Origin: Acidobacteriota bacterium
GTDB lineage: Bacteria > Acidobacteriota > UBA6911 > RPQK01 > JAJDTT01
Reading direction: 5' to 3'
DNA: 64,000 nucleotides
Assembly (NCBI GenBank): GCA_965209055.1
Contig: OZ242374.1
Span: 5,184,001-5,248,000 of the forward strand
In this document: positions 1-11,253 of the stretch, piece after piece
Position numbering within the stretch: the stretch's first letter is position 1
Layout of the letters: every line of letters begins with the position of its first letter
The notes under the pieces: generated by a model
Told to the model about the DNA's origin: nothing
Seen by the model: the letters and a program-made list of their open reading frames with translations, nothing else
Database searches by the model: none
Made by a program: the position numbers and the translations under genes

Positions 1-3000
1 TCGCCGCCGTCACCTTCACCCGGAAGGCGGCCGGCGAGCTGAAGCTGCGTCTGCGAGAGGCGCTGGACCGGGCCCGGCGGCAAGCCTCGGATCCGGCCGG
101 GATCCGGAATCTGGAGCGGGCGGTGGCGGGGCTGGAGGAGGCCAGCATCTCCACCATCCACTCCTTCTGCGCGGACCTGCTTCGAAAGAGGCCGGTGGAG
201 GCGGGCGTCGACCCCGATTTCCGGGAAACCTCGGAAGATGAGGCGTCCCGTCTCTTCCGGAGGGCGTTTCGGCAATGGATGGAAGCGCGGATGGCCCATC
301 CCTCACCGGGACTGGCCCGGGCCCTCCAGCGGTCCCTGACCCCACAGGGGAACGACTTTGGCTCGCCTCTGGACCAGCTTCGCTCGGCCGCCCGGCAACT
401 TTTGGAATGGCGCGACTATGGTAGTCCCTGGAGACGGGAGGTCTTCGACCGGGAAGGGGCCTTGGACGCCTTGGTCGGCCGGAGCCGGGAGTTGGCGGCC
501 GACAGCATCCGGTCAACCAACCGGCGGGACAGGCTTCGACAGAATCTGGGTCCGGTTCGGGAACTGGACGCCTGGGTCCGGCGATTCGAGCGAGAGCGGC
601 GGCGCGACTGCGATCGTCTCGAAGGTCGGATGCTCCGCCTACTGCAACGGTTGAGGTCCCGCTACTTCCGGCCGGCCCGGACCGGAGAATACGCTCCCGG
701 CCTGCCCCGGGCGGTGGTGGTGCAGGCACGGGAAAACCTGCTTCGGGAGTTGAAGGATTTCACGCGGTGCGCCGACGCCGACCTGGCGGCGCTGCTCCGT
801 GAGGAACTCCTGGAAGTAGCCCCCTTCTATGAGACGCTCAAGGAACAGACCAGCCGGCTCGACTTCATGGACCTGCTGATCAAGACCCGGGACCTGATCC
901 GGGACCGGCCGTCGGTCCGCGGGGATTTCCAGGAACAGTTCAGCCACGTCTTCGTCGACGAGTTCCAGGACACCGACGCGCTCCAGGCCGAGATTCTGAT
1001 GCTCCTGTCGGCGGACGACCCCGAGGAGACGAATTGGCGCAGGGTCCGGCCCGTTTCCGGAAAGCTCTTTCTGGTGGGAGACCCCAAGCAGTCCATCTAT
1101 CGCTTCCGGCGCGCCGACGTGGTCCTGTACCAGGAGATCAAGGAGATCCTGCAGGCGGCCGGGGTGAGCGTGGTCCACCTGAAGCGGAACTTCCGCTCCG
1201 TGCGGCCCCTGCAAATGGCCGTCAACGCGGCCTTCGCGCCGGAGATGACGGCCGACCCCGTCAGCGGGCAGCCCGACTACGTCCCGCTCAAGAGCCACCG
1301 AGCCGGCGAGGGAGATCAGCCGGCCCTCATCGCCCTTCCGGTGCCGCGTCCCTACAGCAAATGGGGGAACCTGGCCAACGCGGCCATCGAAGAGAGCCTG
1401 CCCCAGACCGTCGCTGCCTTCACCGACTGGCTGCTGCGGGAAAGCGGCTGGCAGGTGGGCGACCCGGAGGACCCGTCCCGGCGCATCCCCATTTCACCCG
1501 GCCACGTCTGCATCCTGTTCCGGCGGTTCGTCAGTTGGAGGCGGGACGTCACGCGAGACTATGCCAGGGGTTTGGAGATCCGCGGGATTCCCCACGTCCT
1601 GATGGGCTCCCGATCCTTCCATCAGCGGGAAGAGGTCGAGACCCTTCGGGTGGCCTTGGGCGCCATCGAGCGGCCGGACGACGAGCTCTCGATCTACGCG
1701 ACGCTCCGCGGCTCCCTCTTCTGGATCCGGGATTCCCTGTTGCTTCGCTTCCGGGATCGTCACGGTTCGCTCCATCCGTTCCGTCCTCGCCCCGAAGACC
1801 TGCATGCCGACCTGGAGCCGGTGGCCGAAGCGCTGGATATCCTGGCCCGTCTGCACCGCCGGCGCAACCGCCGCCCCGTCGCCGAGACCCTTTCCCGGCT
1901 CCTTTCTCTGACGCGGGCTCACGCGGGATTCGCGCTGCGCCCGGCGAGCCATCAGGTTCTGGCCAACGTGCAGCGGGTCTGCGATCTGGCCCGGGCCTTC
2001 GAGACCGGCGGGGGAGGGTCGTTCCGGGCATTTGTGGAACATCTGGAACGACTGGCGCGGCGGCGCACCGGCGCCGAGGCCCAGGTTTCCGAGGAAGGAG
2101 TCGACGGGGTCCACCTGATGACCGTCCACAACGCCAAGGGCCTGGAGTTTCCGGTGGTGATCCTGGCAGATACGACGGCGCACCTCTCTTCCGCGCGCCC
2201 GGACAAGCACGTCGATTCCAGCCGCAACCTGGCGGCCTTCAGCCTCATGGGATGTGTCCCCTGGGAGCTGTTGGACCATCGCGGCGAAGAGGCGGCGCGG
2301 GACCGGGCGGAGGGAGTCCGCCTCGCCTACGTCGCCGCAACGCGGGCCCGTGACCTGCTGGTGGTCCCCGGGCTGGGGACAGGTCCCAGGCCGGGATCGA
2401 GGCCGGAATGGTTGGCGCCTCTGGAGAAGTCCGTCTATCCGGCGCGGCCGGACTGGAATCGGGGCGGACCGGCTCCCGGCTGCCCCGCCTTCGGGGCTCG
2501 CAGTCTGCTTCAGAACCCCAGGGGGCGCGTCGAAGCCTCCATCCGGCCCGGCCTCCACCGCCCTCAGACGGGAGATCACACCGTGGTCTGGTGGGACCCC
2601 GGGTTGCTGGACCTGGCGGTCCGTCCCAACTTCGGCCTGCAGCGGGAGCGGATCCTGGCCGACGACGAAGCGGGCCAGGCTGGGAAAGAAGGCCTTGCCC
2701 GCTACGAGCGGTGGCGGGAAGGCCGGCGGCGGGCGCTGAGGTCCGGATCCGAGCCCACGCTTCAGGTGTTGACGGTCACCGGGGAACCCTCACCGGGAGA
2801 CCCTCCCGAGTGTCCCTCCGTGGGGCTGGAGACTCATCCGATTCCCGATTCCCGGCCCACCGGTCCCAGGTTCGGGACCCTGGTCCACACGTTGTTGCGG
2901 GACGTCCGGCTGGATGCCGGCGAACCGGAGGTCCGGAGGCTCGCCCGGCTCCATGGCAGGATCCTGGGCGTGACGAACCAGGAGCGAAAGTCCGCCATCC

Positions 3001-3287
3001 AGGCCGTGCGCTCCGCCTTGGAACATCCGCTGCTGAAACGGGCGCGGGCTGCCCGGAGGCGTCACCGGGAGTTTCCTTTCGTGCTCACGGTTGCGGAAGG
3101 AAGACTGCTGGAAGGCACCATCGATCTGGCCTTCCAGGAGGAGGGCCGCTGGATCGTGGTGGACTTCAAGACGGACGTTCACCTCAAACCGGACGATCCG
3201 GACTACGTACGGCAGGTGCAATGGTATGCGTATGGGCTGAAGCGGATCACGGGACAGCCGGCGGAAGGATGGTTGCTGGGGATCTGA
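1..3287 (+). CDS. AddA/UvrD-family helicase with C-terminal PD-(D/E)xK nuclease (5' end lies outside the window)
   Basis: Frame is open from base 3 (AVTFTRKAAGELK, motif Ia). Helicase motifs STIHSFC, VDEFQD, VGDPKQSIYRFRRAD, MTVHNAKGLEF and YVAATRA; nuclease motif GTIDLAF..VVDFKT. Confidence 0.92.
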   Translation, partial: AAVTFTRKAAGELKLRLREALDRARRQASDPAGIRNLERAVAGLEEASISTIHSFCADLLRKRPVEAGVDPDFRETSEDEASRLFRRAFRQWMEARMAHPSPGLARALQRSLTPQGNDFGSPLDQLRSAARQLLEWRDYGSPWRREVFDREGALDALVGRSRELAADSIRSTNRRDRLRQNLGPVRELDAWVRRFERERRRDCDRLEGRMLRLLQRLRSRYFRPARTGEYAPGLPRAVVVQARENLLRELKDFTRCADADLAALLREELLEVAPFYETLKEQTSRLDFMDLLIKTRDLIRDRPSVRGDFQEQFSHVFVDEFQDTDALQAEILMLLSADDPEETNWRRVRPVSGKLFLVGDPKQSIYRFRRADVVLYQEIKEILQAAGVSVVHLKRNFRSVRPLQMAVNAAFAPEMTADPVSGQPDYVPLKSHRAGEGDQPALIALPVPRPYSKWGNLANAAIEESLPQTVAAFTDWLLRESGWQVGDPEDPSRRIPISPGHVCILFRRFVSWRRDVTRDYARGLEIRGIPHVLMGSRSFHQREEVETLRVALGAIERPDDELSIYATLRGSLFWIRDSLLLRFRDRHGSLHPFRPRPEDLHADLEPVAEALDILARLHRRRNRRPVAETLSRLLSLTRAHAGFALRPASHQVLANVQRVCDLARAFETGGGGSFRAFVEHLERLARRRTGAEAQVSEEGVDGVHLMTVHNAKGLEFPVVILADTTAHLSSARPDKHVDSSRNLAAFSLMGCVPWELLDHRGEEAARDRAEGVRLAYVAATRARDLLVVPGLGTGPRPGSRPEWLAPLEKSVYPARPDWNRGGPAPGCPAFGARSLLQNPRGRVEASIRPGLHRPQTGDHTVVWWDPGLLDLAVRPNFGLQRERILADDEAGQAGKEGLARYERWREGRRRALRSGSEPTLQVLTVTGEPSPGDPPECPSVGLETHPIPDSRPTGPRFGTLVHTLLRDVRLDAGEPEVRRLARLHGRILGVTNQERKSAIQAVRSALEHPLLKRARAARRRHREFPFVLTVAEGRLLEGTIDLAFQEEGRWIVVDFKTDVHLKPDDPDYVRQVQWYAYGLKRITGQPAEGWLLGI

Positions 3288-3314
3288 GCCAAATTATGGC
3301 AGTATTGCATCATT

Positions 3315-3596
3315 ATGGTAAAGGTGACCTACTCCCTCGATAATGCGACGGTGCGGCAGATCCGTCGAATGGCGGATCTTTTCGGCATGGCGCAGAGCCA
3401 TGTGGTTCGGGAAGCCGTCGCCGACTACGCCGCGCGGAAGGACCGGCTCAGCGAGCGTGAACGGCTTCGTCTGCTGTCGGTGATCGACCGCCTGCGCGAT
3501 GCACCGGTGACCCGTTCCGAGCAGAGTGTCGACGCTGAAATCCGCGAGGTGCGGGCCGCTCGGCGCCGCGGCGGACGAACGGGGCAAAGGCCGTGA
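3315..3596 (+). CDS. CopG/RHH-type antitoxin (VapB-like)
   Basis: 93 aa with an RHH-like N-terminus (VKVTYSLD..SHVVREAV); overlaps the PIN gene by GTGA. Confidence 0.8.
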   Translation: MVKVTYSLDNATVRQIRRMADLFGMAQSHVVREAVADYAARKDRLSERERLRLLSVIDRLRDAPVTRSEQSVDAEIREVRAARRRGGRTGQRP

Positions 3597-3967
3597 CGAT
3601 TCACCTCGATACGTCTGTGCTGATCGATGCGCTCACGGGCCCTCGCCGCTCGCTGAAACGGCTGTCGGCATTCGTGGCGGAGGGTCACCGGGTGATCCTG
3701 TCGACGGTCGTGCTGTATGAATGGTTGCGCGGGCCCCGAACGACAGCCGAGTTGCAGGTGCAGGAAGAGATGTTTCCGCGCCGCGCGGCCGTCCCGTTCG
3801 ATGCCGAAGCGGCCACTCAGGCCGCGTGGCTTTACCGGCAAACGTCTCGCCCTCGAGGGCGCGAGGTCGATCTCGCTGTAGCGGCCTGCGCTCTGGTGCA
3901 GGGTGCCGCCCTCTGGACGCTGAACCACGACGACTTCCGTGATCTCCCTGGTCTCGAGTTGATGTAG
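3593..3967 (+). CDS. PIN-domain VapC toxin
   Basis: IHLDTSVLID, VLYEW, DLAVAACA and LWTLN..DF PIN motifs. Confidence 0.9.
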   Translation: MTIHLDTSVLIDALTGPRRSLKRLSAFVAEGHRVILSTVVLYEWLRGPRTTAELQVQEEMFPRRAAVPFDAEAATQAAWLYRQTSRPRGREVDLAVAACALVQGAALWTLNHDDFRDLPGLELM

Positions 3968-4122
3968 GAACCGGAACCGGGCCAACTCCCCTGACGCAAG
4001 CCGGTCCGCACGTCCGAAAAGCGGTTCGCACTCGAATTTGCTACGAGTGAAGATTCGGAGGATCTCTACTATCCGGCGCCCGGAGAGCCGCTCCTGATTC
4101 AGGTTTCCCTGAACCGGGAAAT

Positions 4123-4177
4123 GGGAGACAAGAATGTCCCCTCCCGCGGAACGGGGACAAAGATGTCCCACCCTCCT
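4123..4177 (-). repeat. Two GGAG-type REP-like palindromes
   Basis: Minus strand reads GGAG-GGGACA-TTCT-TGTCTCC and GGAG-GGT-GGGACA-TCT-TGTCCC, each a tetranucleotide followed by a hairpin. Confidence 0.55.
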
Positions 4178-4211
4178 GCGGCGTAGTAGACTGGTTTCAA
4201 GAGATTCGGTG

Positions 4212-5537
4212 ATGGACCTTTCGGCAGCTCCCCCGCAGGTCAATGCCTTTCACGTCCTGACCAAGCCCACCGGGCCCATCTGCAACCTGGACTGCAAGTA
4301 CTGCTTCTACCTGGAGAAGGAGAACCTCTATTCCGGCACGTCCACGTGGGCCATGCCGGACGACGTCCTGGAGTCGTACGTCCGCCAGTACATCGAATCG
4401 CAGCGGGCGCCGGTCATCAGCTTCGCCTGGCAAGGGGGCGAACCCACCCTCCTGGGCGTTGATTTTTTCCGGAAGGTGGTCCGGCTGCAGGCCAGGTACG
4501 CTGCGGGGAAGAAGATCGAGAACGGCTTTCAGACCAACGGGGTCCTGCTGGACGACCGTTGGGGCGAGTTCCTGGCCGAGAACGGATTCCTGGTGGGGAT
4601 CTCCATCGACGGTCCCGAGCGTCTCCACGACCGCTACCGGGTGGACAAGGGAGGAGCCCCTTCCTTTCGAAGGGTGATGAGGGGACTGGGCTACCTCCGG
4701 AAACATGGCGTCGAGTACAACACGTTGACCGTGGTGCAGCGGAGCAACTCCCGCCATCCCCTGGAGGTGTACGGCTTTCTCAAGCAGGCCGGCAGCCGCT
4801 TCATGCAGTTCATTCCCATCGTGGAACGGGAGTCGCCGCAGCCCGATCCGGCCGGACTGGTGCTGATTTCCCCCGATTCGGCTGAGCCGGCCCGGGTGAG
4901 CCCCTGGTCGGTGGACGCAGTCCAGTACGGCAGGTTCCTCTGCGCCATCTTCGACGAGTGGGTGCGGCGGGACGTGGGCCGTTGCTACGTGCAGATCTTC
5001 GACGTGGCCCTGGAGAGTTGGATGGGCATGGCCGCCAGCCTGTGCGTCTTCCGCGAAACCTGCGGCTCGGCCCTGGCCCTGGAGCACAACGGAGATCTCT
5101 ACTCCTGCGACCACTACGTCTATCCGGAGAACCTCCTGGGCAACATCATGGAGGATCCCATGGGGTCGCTGGTCACTTCACCCAGCCAAGTTCGATTCGG
5201 GCAGGACAAGCGGGACCGCCTCCCCCGCTACTGCCGCGAATGCGAGGTCCGGTTCGCCTGCAACGGCGAGTGCCCCAAGCACCGTTTCATCCGGACTCCC
5301 CAGGGAGAAGCGGGGCTCAACTACCTCTGCGCCGGATACAAGCTCTTCTTCAACCACATCGATCCCTACATGCGCTTCATGGCGGGAGAGCTGAGCCAGG
5401 GACGGGCGCCGGCCAACGTCATGTCCTGGGTGCGGCGGCAGGACCTCCAGGCTCAGGGAAGACGGCGACCCGGAAGAAACGATCCCTGCCTCTGCGGAAG
5501 CGGCAAGAAGTTCAAGAAGTGCTGCGGCCGCCGTTGA
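4212..5537 (+). CDS. Anaerobic sulfatase maturase (radical SAM/SPASM) with C-terminal SEC-C motif
   Basis: CNLDCKYC, WQGGEP, SPASM cysteines (CRECEVRFACNGECPK) and GRNDPCLCGSGKKFKKCC. Confidence 0.93.
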   Translation: MDLSAAPPQVNAFHVLTKPTGPICNLDCKYCFYLEKENLYSGTSTWAMPDDVLESYVRQYIESQRAPVISFAWQGGEPTLLGVDFFRKVVRLQARYAAGKKIENGFQTNGVLLDDRWGEFLAENGFLVGISIDGPERLHDRYRVDKGGAPSFRRVMRGLGYLRKHGVEYNTLTVVQRSNSRHPLEVYGFLKQAGSRFMQFIPIVERESPQPDPAGLVLISPDSAEPARVSPWSVDAVQYGRFLCAIFDEWVRRDVGRCYVQIFDVALESWMGMAASLCVFRETCGSALALEHNGDLYSCDHYVYPENLLGNIMEDPMGSLVTSPSQVRFGQDKRDRLPRYCRECEVRFACNGECPKHRFIRTPQGEAGLNYLCAGYKLFFNHIDPYMRFMAGELSQGRAPANVMSWVRRQDLQAQGRRRPGRNDPCLCGSGKKFKKCCGRR

Positions 5538-5543
5538 GCCGGA

Positions 5544-5750
5544 TCACCGTCTATCCTCGCGAAGTGCCTCCAGATCGATGGAAACCGGCACCCTGCCCCG
5601 AAGTACCCGGAGGCTCCGGTAAGCCTCGGCGGCGGCAACCAGTCGAAGACCTTGCCGCACCGTTTCCGTGATCCCGCGACCTGTGGATTCCCGAGCCTTC
5701 CTCAACAGATCGGAGGGGACGTGAACCGTGATTTTCTGATTCTTTTTCAC
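5544..5750 (-). CDS. Orphan VapB-like antitoxin
   Basis: 68 aa from GTG: KITVHVPSDLLRKARESTGRGITETVRQGL...LREDRR; no toxin ORF follows. Confidence 0.65.
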   Translation of the reverse strand: MKKNQKITVHVPSDLLRKARESTGRGITETVRQGLRLVAAAEAYRSLRVLRGRVPVSIDLEALREDRR

Positions 5751-5845
5751 AGGGAGGATCTTATCGTAGAGGATGCCAACGTCCCACGCGATATGCGGCC
5801 AACCGCCGGGGCCGCCAATAGAAACTGGGAAGCTCCGAACGTCGG

Positions 5846-8071
5846 TCAGCGGCGGGAAGCGTCTTCGGCCGTGCCGGTTGATACCGCAGCCACCTCTTCC
5901 GTCAACAACCGGGCCAGGACCTCCGGCTCCGAGGTGGGCAGCCGGCAGACGTAGTTCTCGCAGACATAGGCGGTCGCCTTCCCATCGACGGGAACCATGG
6001 CGCGGACGGCCGGGTTGCTTTTCCCCAGGGTTTCCTGGCCGGTTCGGCCATCGGCAAACAGGAGGACCTTGTTGGGAACGTAGGTGGAATGGACCACCTT
6101 GAGCAGAGCCCCCATCGCGTCGCCCGCCGGGTCGCCCGCCAGCACCACCTGCTTCGGCGTGCCCAGGTGGAAGTCGAGAGCGGCGAGCATGTGGGGTAGG
6201 GATTCGGGATGCTCCCGCAGCCGGTCCCCGAAATGCTTCAGGGCCGCGCCGGCCAGTTTCTTCCACTCCGGTTGGTGGGTCATCTCCGCCAGGCGCAGAA
6301 GGTTCCAGACGGCGACCGAGTTCCCGGCGGGTTCGGCCCCGTCGTAGTCGTCCCGGGTCCGCAGAATCAGTGACGCGTCCTGTCCCGAGGTGTCGAAGAA
6401 GGCCCCCGATTCCTTGTCGTAGAAGAGATCGACGGCCGCCTCCATCAACTCCATGGAGCGCTGCAGGTCGCGGATGTCGGAACCGGCCTGGTAGAGGTCG
6501 ATGAGGCCCATGACCAGGAACGCGTAGTCCTCCAGGTGCCCCTCGAACCGGGCTTCCCCCTCCCGGTAGCGCCTCAGAAGCCGTCCCGTCTCCTTCTGGC
6601 AGAGGTGCTCCAGGACGAAGTCGGCCGCCCGCCGGGCCTCAGCCAGGTATGCGGCCTCCCCCAGAACCTGGTGGGCCCGGGCGAAGGCGGAGATCATGAG
6701 GCCGTTCCACGAAACCAGGATCTTGTCGTCCAGGTAGGGCCGCACCCGCTGGTTCCGGACCTCGAGCAGCAGGCGCCGCGACTCCCGGAGAACCGCATGC
6801 ACCTGATCCGGGGGGATTTGGAACTTGCGCGCCGTCTCCTCCCGGGTCTGGGCCCGATAGAGAATATTCTGGTTCACGAAGACCTTGTGGGGGTCGCTGA
6901 GAGCGTTCCCGCCGGGCTCGACCCCGAAGCTGTGGGCGAATATGGCTCCCTTCTCAGGCCCCAGGATCCGGTCCAGCTCCGCCTTGGTCCAGACATAGAA
7001 GGCCCCCTCCCGTTTCCGCTTGGGTTGGGACGGATCAGGGGCGCTTTCGGCATCCTCGGCGGAAAGGAACCCCCCGGGCGGATGGGTGAGCCGCCGGCTC
7101 ACGTAGTCCAGGGTGCTTCGGGCCACGGAGGCGAAAAGCGGATTCCGGGTCAGTTGATAGGCCTCCAAATAGGAGTTCACCAGTTGGGCCTGGTCGTAGA
7201 GCATCTTCTCGAAGTGGGGGACCCGCCACTGGCGGTCCACGGCGTAGCGGTGAAAGCCCCCCTCCAGATGGTCGAAAATCCCGCTGGCCGCCATCCGTTC
7301 CAAGGTGGTCAGGGTCATTTCCAGAGCCCGGCTCTTGGCCTCCCTCCGGTCATACCGGAGCAGGAAGTTGAACACCACCGGACGGGGAAACTTGTTCCCG
7401 CGCCCGAATCCGCCGTAGGTTTCGTCGTAGCCGGCGCGAATGGATTCGTACCCCTGCTTGAGAATCGACGCCTCCAAGGCCGCATCGCCGGCCTCCACGC
7501 GAGCCTGCTCCCGTAGTAATTGGGTGAGTTGGCGGCCCGCTTCGGCGATGTCGTCCGGATGCTTGGCCCAGACTTCATGAATCCGGCCGATGAGCGGCCG
7601 AAAGGTGTCCGGGGGGACGTAGGTCCGTCCGAAGAAGGGTTCGAGCTCGGGCGTCAGGAACATGGACATGGGCCAACCGCCGCTCCCGGTGAGGGCCAGC
7701 AACGCCGACATGTAGATGCGGTCCACGTCGGGGCGCTCTTCCCGATCCACCTTGACGTTGATGAAGTACCGGTTCATGAGGTCCGCGATGCCGGGGTCCT
7801 CGAACACTTTCCGCTCCATCACGTGGCACCAGTAGCAGGTGGAGTAGCCGACGGAGAGAAAGATGGGACGGTTCTTCTCGCGGGCCAGCCGGAAGGCCTC
7901 TTCTCCCCACGGGTACCAGTCCACCGGGTTGTAGGCGTGTTGCAGCAGGTAGGGACTCTTCTCTTGGATCAACCGGTTGGAACGGACTTTGGAGGCTTCC
8001 TCGCCGGTCGCCGAGCTGGTTGGGGAAGCGGTTCCGAACAGGAGCATTAGGAGCGTCAGAGCCGGTCTCAT
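5846..8071 (-). CDS. Thioredoxin-domain protein, YyaL/SSP411 (DUF255) family, with signal peptide
   Basis: [39 protein letters not shown] and [11 protein letters not shown]. Confidence 0.92.
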   Translation of the reverse strand: MRPALTLLMLLFGTASPTSSATGEEASKVRSNRLIQEKSPYLLQHAYNPVDWYPWGEEAFRLAREKNRPIFLSVGYSTCYWCHVMERKVFEDPGIADLMNRYFINVKVDREERPDVDRIYMSALLALTGSGGWPMSMFLTPELEPFFGRTYVPPDTFRPLIGRIHEVWAKHPDDIAEAGRQLTQLLREQARVEAGDAALEASILKQGYESIRAGYDETYGGFGRGNKFPRPVVFNFLLRYDRREAKSRALEMTLTTLERMAASGIFDHLEGGFHRYAVDRQWRVPHFEKMLYDQAQLVNSYLEAYQLTRNPLFASVARSTLDYVSRRLTHPPGGFLSAEDAESAPDPSQPKRKREGAFYVWTKAELDRILGPEKGAIFAHSFGVEPGGNALSDPHKVFVNQNILYRAQTREETARKFQIPPDQVHAVLRESRRLLLEVRNQRVRPYLDDKILVSWNGLMISAFARAHQVLGEAAYLAEARRAADFVLEHLCQKETGRLLRRYREGEARFEGHLEDYAFLVMGLIDLYQAGSDIRDLQRSMELMEAAVDLFYDKESGAFFDTSGQDASLILRTRDDYDGAEPAGNSVAVWNLLRLAEMTHQPEWKKLAGAALKHFGDRLREHPESLPHMLAALDFHLGTPKQVVLAGDPAGDAMGALLKVVHSTYVPNKVLLFADGRTGQETLGKSNPAVRAMVPVDGKATAYVCENYVCRLPTSEPEVLARLLTEEVAAVSTGTAEDASRR

Positions 8072-8109
8072 GCGGGCACGCTCCATCCCCCGGTCGGGTT
8101 GGAAACCAC

Positions 8110-9255
8110 TTACCAAGCCTCCCTGTAGATCTCCATGGCGCCCAGGGAAGTGAGAAGACGCGGATTGAACTCCACCGTCCAATGGGAGGAGGCCTCAGCG
8201 GCCAGAGTTTCCAGATCCCCCTCCAGAACGCCCTCGCTCCGAAGCTCCCGCGGGAGCCCGGCCAACGCGGCCAATTCGTCCAACCGCCCGGCCAGAGACC
8301 CGGAAGCATCCCTCCCCTTCCAGGAGTTTCCGCCGGAAAGGTGCAACAGATCCCCAAAGGCCGATTCGGCCACGGTGCCCGTCCAGCGGATGACCGGCGA
8401 CAGCAGCAGGCCGATGGCGACCCCGTGGGGCGTCCGGTAGCGGGCGGACAAAGGATTGGCGCAAGCATGGGCCGCGCCCACCGCCGAGTTCTCGATGGCC
8501 AGGCCGGCATAGAAGGCGCCCAATTGCATCGCGCCCCGGGCCTCCAAGTCCGTGGGGTCGCGCAGCGCCCGCTCGTAGTTCCGTTCCAACAGCCACCAGG
8601 CTTCGCGGGAGAAGGACTGGGACAGCGCGGAGCTCCGCTTGCTGCAATACGATTCCACGGCATGGGAAAGGGCGTCGAATCCGGTGGCGCTGCTGACGTC
8701 GGCCGGTTGGGAAAGGGTCAGGCAGGGGTCGAGTATGGCGATGCGAAAAGCGGCCTGAGGGTCGCCACAGGCCATTTTCACGTGAGTTCGGGCATCCGCG
8801 ATGATGGCGTAAGACTGCGCCTCACTCCCGGTCCCCGTTGTGGTGGGAATCCCGATCATGGGCAGCATCCGCCCCCGTGCCCGGCCGTAGCCCCGGTAGT
8901 CCTGGATCCTTCCCCCGCCGCCCAGCAGGAAGTTGATGCCCTTGGCGCAGTCCATGGAACTGCCCCCTCCGAGCCCCACCAGCGAATCGATTTCCAGAGG
9001 CCGCGCGAACCTGGCGCCTCGTTCCACCATCCGCGAGTCGGGATCGGGTCCAAAGTCGTGGAATCGATGCACTCGGACTCCGGCCTCGGCAAGGATGCCG
9101 GAGACCGTCTCGACATGGCCCGACTCCACGAGCCCCGGGTCCGAGACCAGCAACGTCCGCCGGAATCCCAGTTCCCGCGCGGCTGGAGCCAACTCGCGGA
9201 CCGATCCCTCACCGAAGATCACGCGCGTGGAAGTGTCGAAAACGAACGATTTCAT
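8110..9255 (-). CDS. Iron-containing alcohol dehydrogenase
   Basis: [29 protein letters not shown] and HGVAI motifs. Confidence 0.92.
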   Translation of the reverse strand: MKSFVFDTSTRVIFGEGSVRELAPAARELGFRRTLLVSDPGLVESGHVETVSGILAEAGVRVHRFHDFGPDPDSRMVERGARFARPLEIDSLVGLGGGSSMDCAKGINFLLGGGGRIQDYRGYGRARGRMLPMIGIPTTTGTGSEAQSYAIIADARTHVKMACGDPQAAFRIAILDPCLTLSQPADVSSATGFDALSHAVESYCSKRSSALSQSFSREAWWLLERNYERALRDPTDLEARGAMQLGAFYAGLAIENSAVGAAHACANPLSARYRTPHGVAIGLLLSPVIRWTGTVAESAFGDLLHLSGGNSWKGRDASGSLAGRLDELAALAGLPRELRSEGVLEGDLETLAAEASSHWTVEFNPRLLTSLGAMEIYREAW

Positions 9256-9303
9256 GGGATCCGCAGGCAGGTTAGCACGGGCCTCTATCCGGGGCTATGA
9301 AAT

Positions 9304-9738
9304 TCAGACCTGCAACGGATTCCGAGTAACCAAGCGGGGAAAACGGCTGAAGTCCCGGTCGACCGTCCAGAACTCCGTGACGCCGGAGGCGATACAGATC
9401 GCCGCAATCCTTGCATCGTGCACCATTGCCCCTCTCACTCGTCCGTTTTCGAGTTGCTTCTTGAGAATATTCCAGTGCGTGTCGGTTTCGGTGAGCAGTT
9501 CCGCAATCGGTGACTCCAGCCACGCTTCCACTTGGTTCAGAGCTTCGGAGATCGTCGACGGCGGATCGTAGATTCGCGGGTGAGTCACAACGGACAGGAA
9601 CTCGTGAATACACGGCCATGGCAACCCCCAAGTCACCCGTCCTTGGGCAAGTGACTCAAGACAGGACTTCGCGGGCCCATGCCATTCGGAGTCGGCGCGG
9701 TGAGCGTAGACAAGAATATTGGTATCCGCAGCTATCAA
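9304..9738 (-). CDS. PIN-domain VapC toxin
   Basis: TTG start overlaps the antitoxin stop; IAADTNILVYA, EFLSVVTHPRI, VHDARIAA and TVDRDF. Confidence 0.88.
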   Translation of the reverse strand: MIAADTNILVYAHRADSEWHGPAKSCLESLAQGRVTWGLPWPCIHEFLSVVTHPRIYDPPSTISEALNQVEAWLESPIAELLTETDTHWNILKKQLENGRVRGAMVHDARIAAICIASGVTEFWTVDRDFSRFPRLVTRNPLQV

Positions 9739-9980
9739 CTGCCTCGGTCCTTGTAGATGGTGTCGCGGATACTCGGCCAATCGGCGCCGCGATAGGACGG
9801 CTGCAAACCCCGGCCGCCAACACTGGCGTCCCTCAACTTGAAGCGGGTCCGCTGGCTGTCGGCGCGCAATGCCATGCGCAGCCCACGTTCAATCAGTGAC
9901 CGTAACGTGACGTTCTCCTTGGCTGCATGGGCCTTGGCCTTCCTGGCGAGGCCGTCGGCAATCTCGATCGTGGTTTTCAT
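9735..9980 (-). CDS. VapB-like antitoxin
   Basis: 81 aa, MKTTIEIADGL..AK..A..TLRSLIERGLR; directly upstream of the PIN gene. Confidence 0.85.
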   Translation of the reverse strand: MKTTIEIADGLARKAKAHAAKENVTLRSLIERGLRMALRADSQRTRFKLRDASVGGRGLQPSYRGADWPSIRDTIYKDRGS

Positions 9981-10143
9981 ATGGGGCTCCGGTCCGTTTG
10001 ATATGGTTTTACAGTTTACTAATGCTGTAGACCCATATCAAGGGAATTGTGGCGAGCATCCGGAACCCTTTGCATGTAGACTCCCGGTGGCAAACGGGAA
10101 ACCGCCGAGGATCGAATTCCGACATGCCCGGGACGGCTGACTA

Positions 10144-11244
10144 GTGACTCCAAGCGATCACCCCCACGTCGAATTCGAGCGCGTCAGCAAGAGCTATGAC
10201 GGCCGGACTCTGGTGGTCCGGGACCTGAACCTCACCGTCGCCGAGGGGGAGTTCCTGACCCTGCTGGGGCCGTCCGGTTCCGGCAAGACCACGTGCCTGA
10301 TGATGCTCGCCGGCTTCGAAGCTCCCACCTCGGGCGCCATCCGCATCGACGGACGATCGGTGCATGACCTGCCGCCCCGGAAACGCGAAATCGGCGTGGT
10401 TTTCCAGAACTACGCCCTCTTCCCGCACATGACGGTGGGAGGAAACCTGGCCTTTCCCCTGGAAGTGCGCGGCCTCGATCCGGAGAAGATTCGGGAGCGC
10501 GTCCGGCGGGCGCTGGAACTGGTGCGCCTGGACGGCATGGAGGACCGGCGTCCCGGCAAGCTTTCCGGCGGCCAGCAGCAACGCGTCGCCATTGCCCGGG
10601 CGCTGGTTTTCGAGCCGCGCCTGGTCTTGATGGACGAACCGCTGGGTGCGCTGGACCGGCGGCTGCGCGAGGAGATGCAGTTCGAGGTCCGGCGCATCCA
10701 GCGGACCCTCGGCGTGACCGTCGTCTACGTGACCCACGATCAGCAGGAAGCCATGGCCATGTCCGACCGCGTCGCCGTCTTCGAGGAGGGCCGCGTCGAA
10801 CAGGTCGCCCCTCCGGAAATTCTCTACGAAGAGCCGGAACGCCAGTTCGTGGCCCGGTTCATCGGAGACAACAACATCCTGTACGGAAAAGTGGTGGACG
10901 TCGACGGCGATTTCTGCCAGGTGGACGTCGATGGTGGGATCGTCAGGGCATTCCGGATCGCGCCCAGCCGGCTCGGGGACAGGGTGGCCATTGCCATTCG
11001 GCCGGAAAGAGTCTCCCTGGCGCCCAAGCCCGGCGTCTACCACAACGAGTTCAACGCCCGGGTCGAGGACATCCTGTTTCTGGGCGATCACCTGCGGCTT
11101 CGCCTGACGGTCTGCGGCCACTCGGACTTCATTGCCAAGATTCCCAACATCGTGGGGCACGGCGCCGTATTGGAAGGAGACCAGGTCCGTATCGGCTGGC
11201 TGCTGACCGATTGCCGGTCGCTGGAAGCTCCGGGCCAGGAGTGA
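10144..11244 (+). CDS. Polyamine-type ABC transporter ATP-binding protein (PotA-like)
   Basis: GPSGSGKT, LSGGQQQR and MDEPLGALD; C-terminal TOBE-like region. Confidence 0.92.
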   Translation: MTPSDHPHVEFERVSKSYDGRTLVVRDLNLTVAEGEFLTLLGPSGSGKTTCLMMLAGFEAPTSGAIRIDGRSVHDLPPRKREIGVVFQNYALFPHMTVGGNLAFPLEVRGLDPEKIRERVRRALELVRLDGMEDRRPGKLSGGQQQRVAIARALVFEPRLVLMDEPLGALDRRLREEMQFEVRRIQRTLGVTVVYVTHDQQEAMAMSDRVAVFEEGRVEQVAPPEILYEEPERQFVARFIGDNNILYGKVVDVDGDFCQVDVDGGIVRAFRIAPSRLGDRVAIAIRPERVSLAPKPGVYHNEFNARVEDILFLGDHLRLRLTVCGHSDFIAKIPNIVGHGAVLEGDQVRIGWLLTDCRSLEAPGQE

Positions 11245-11253
11245 GGACAGTCC

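Noticed and set aside
3970-4115. Possible gene remnant (..PGEPLLIQVSL) downstream of vapC
   Set aside because: Too short, with no start codon; the family cannot be supported.
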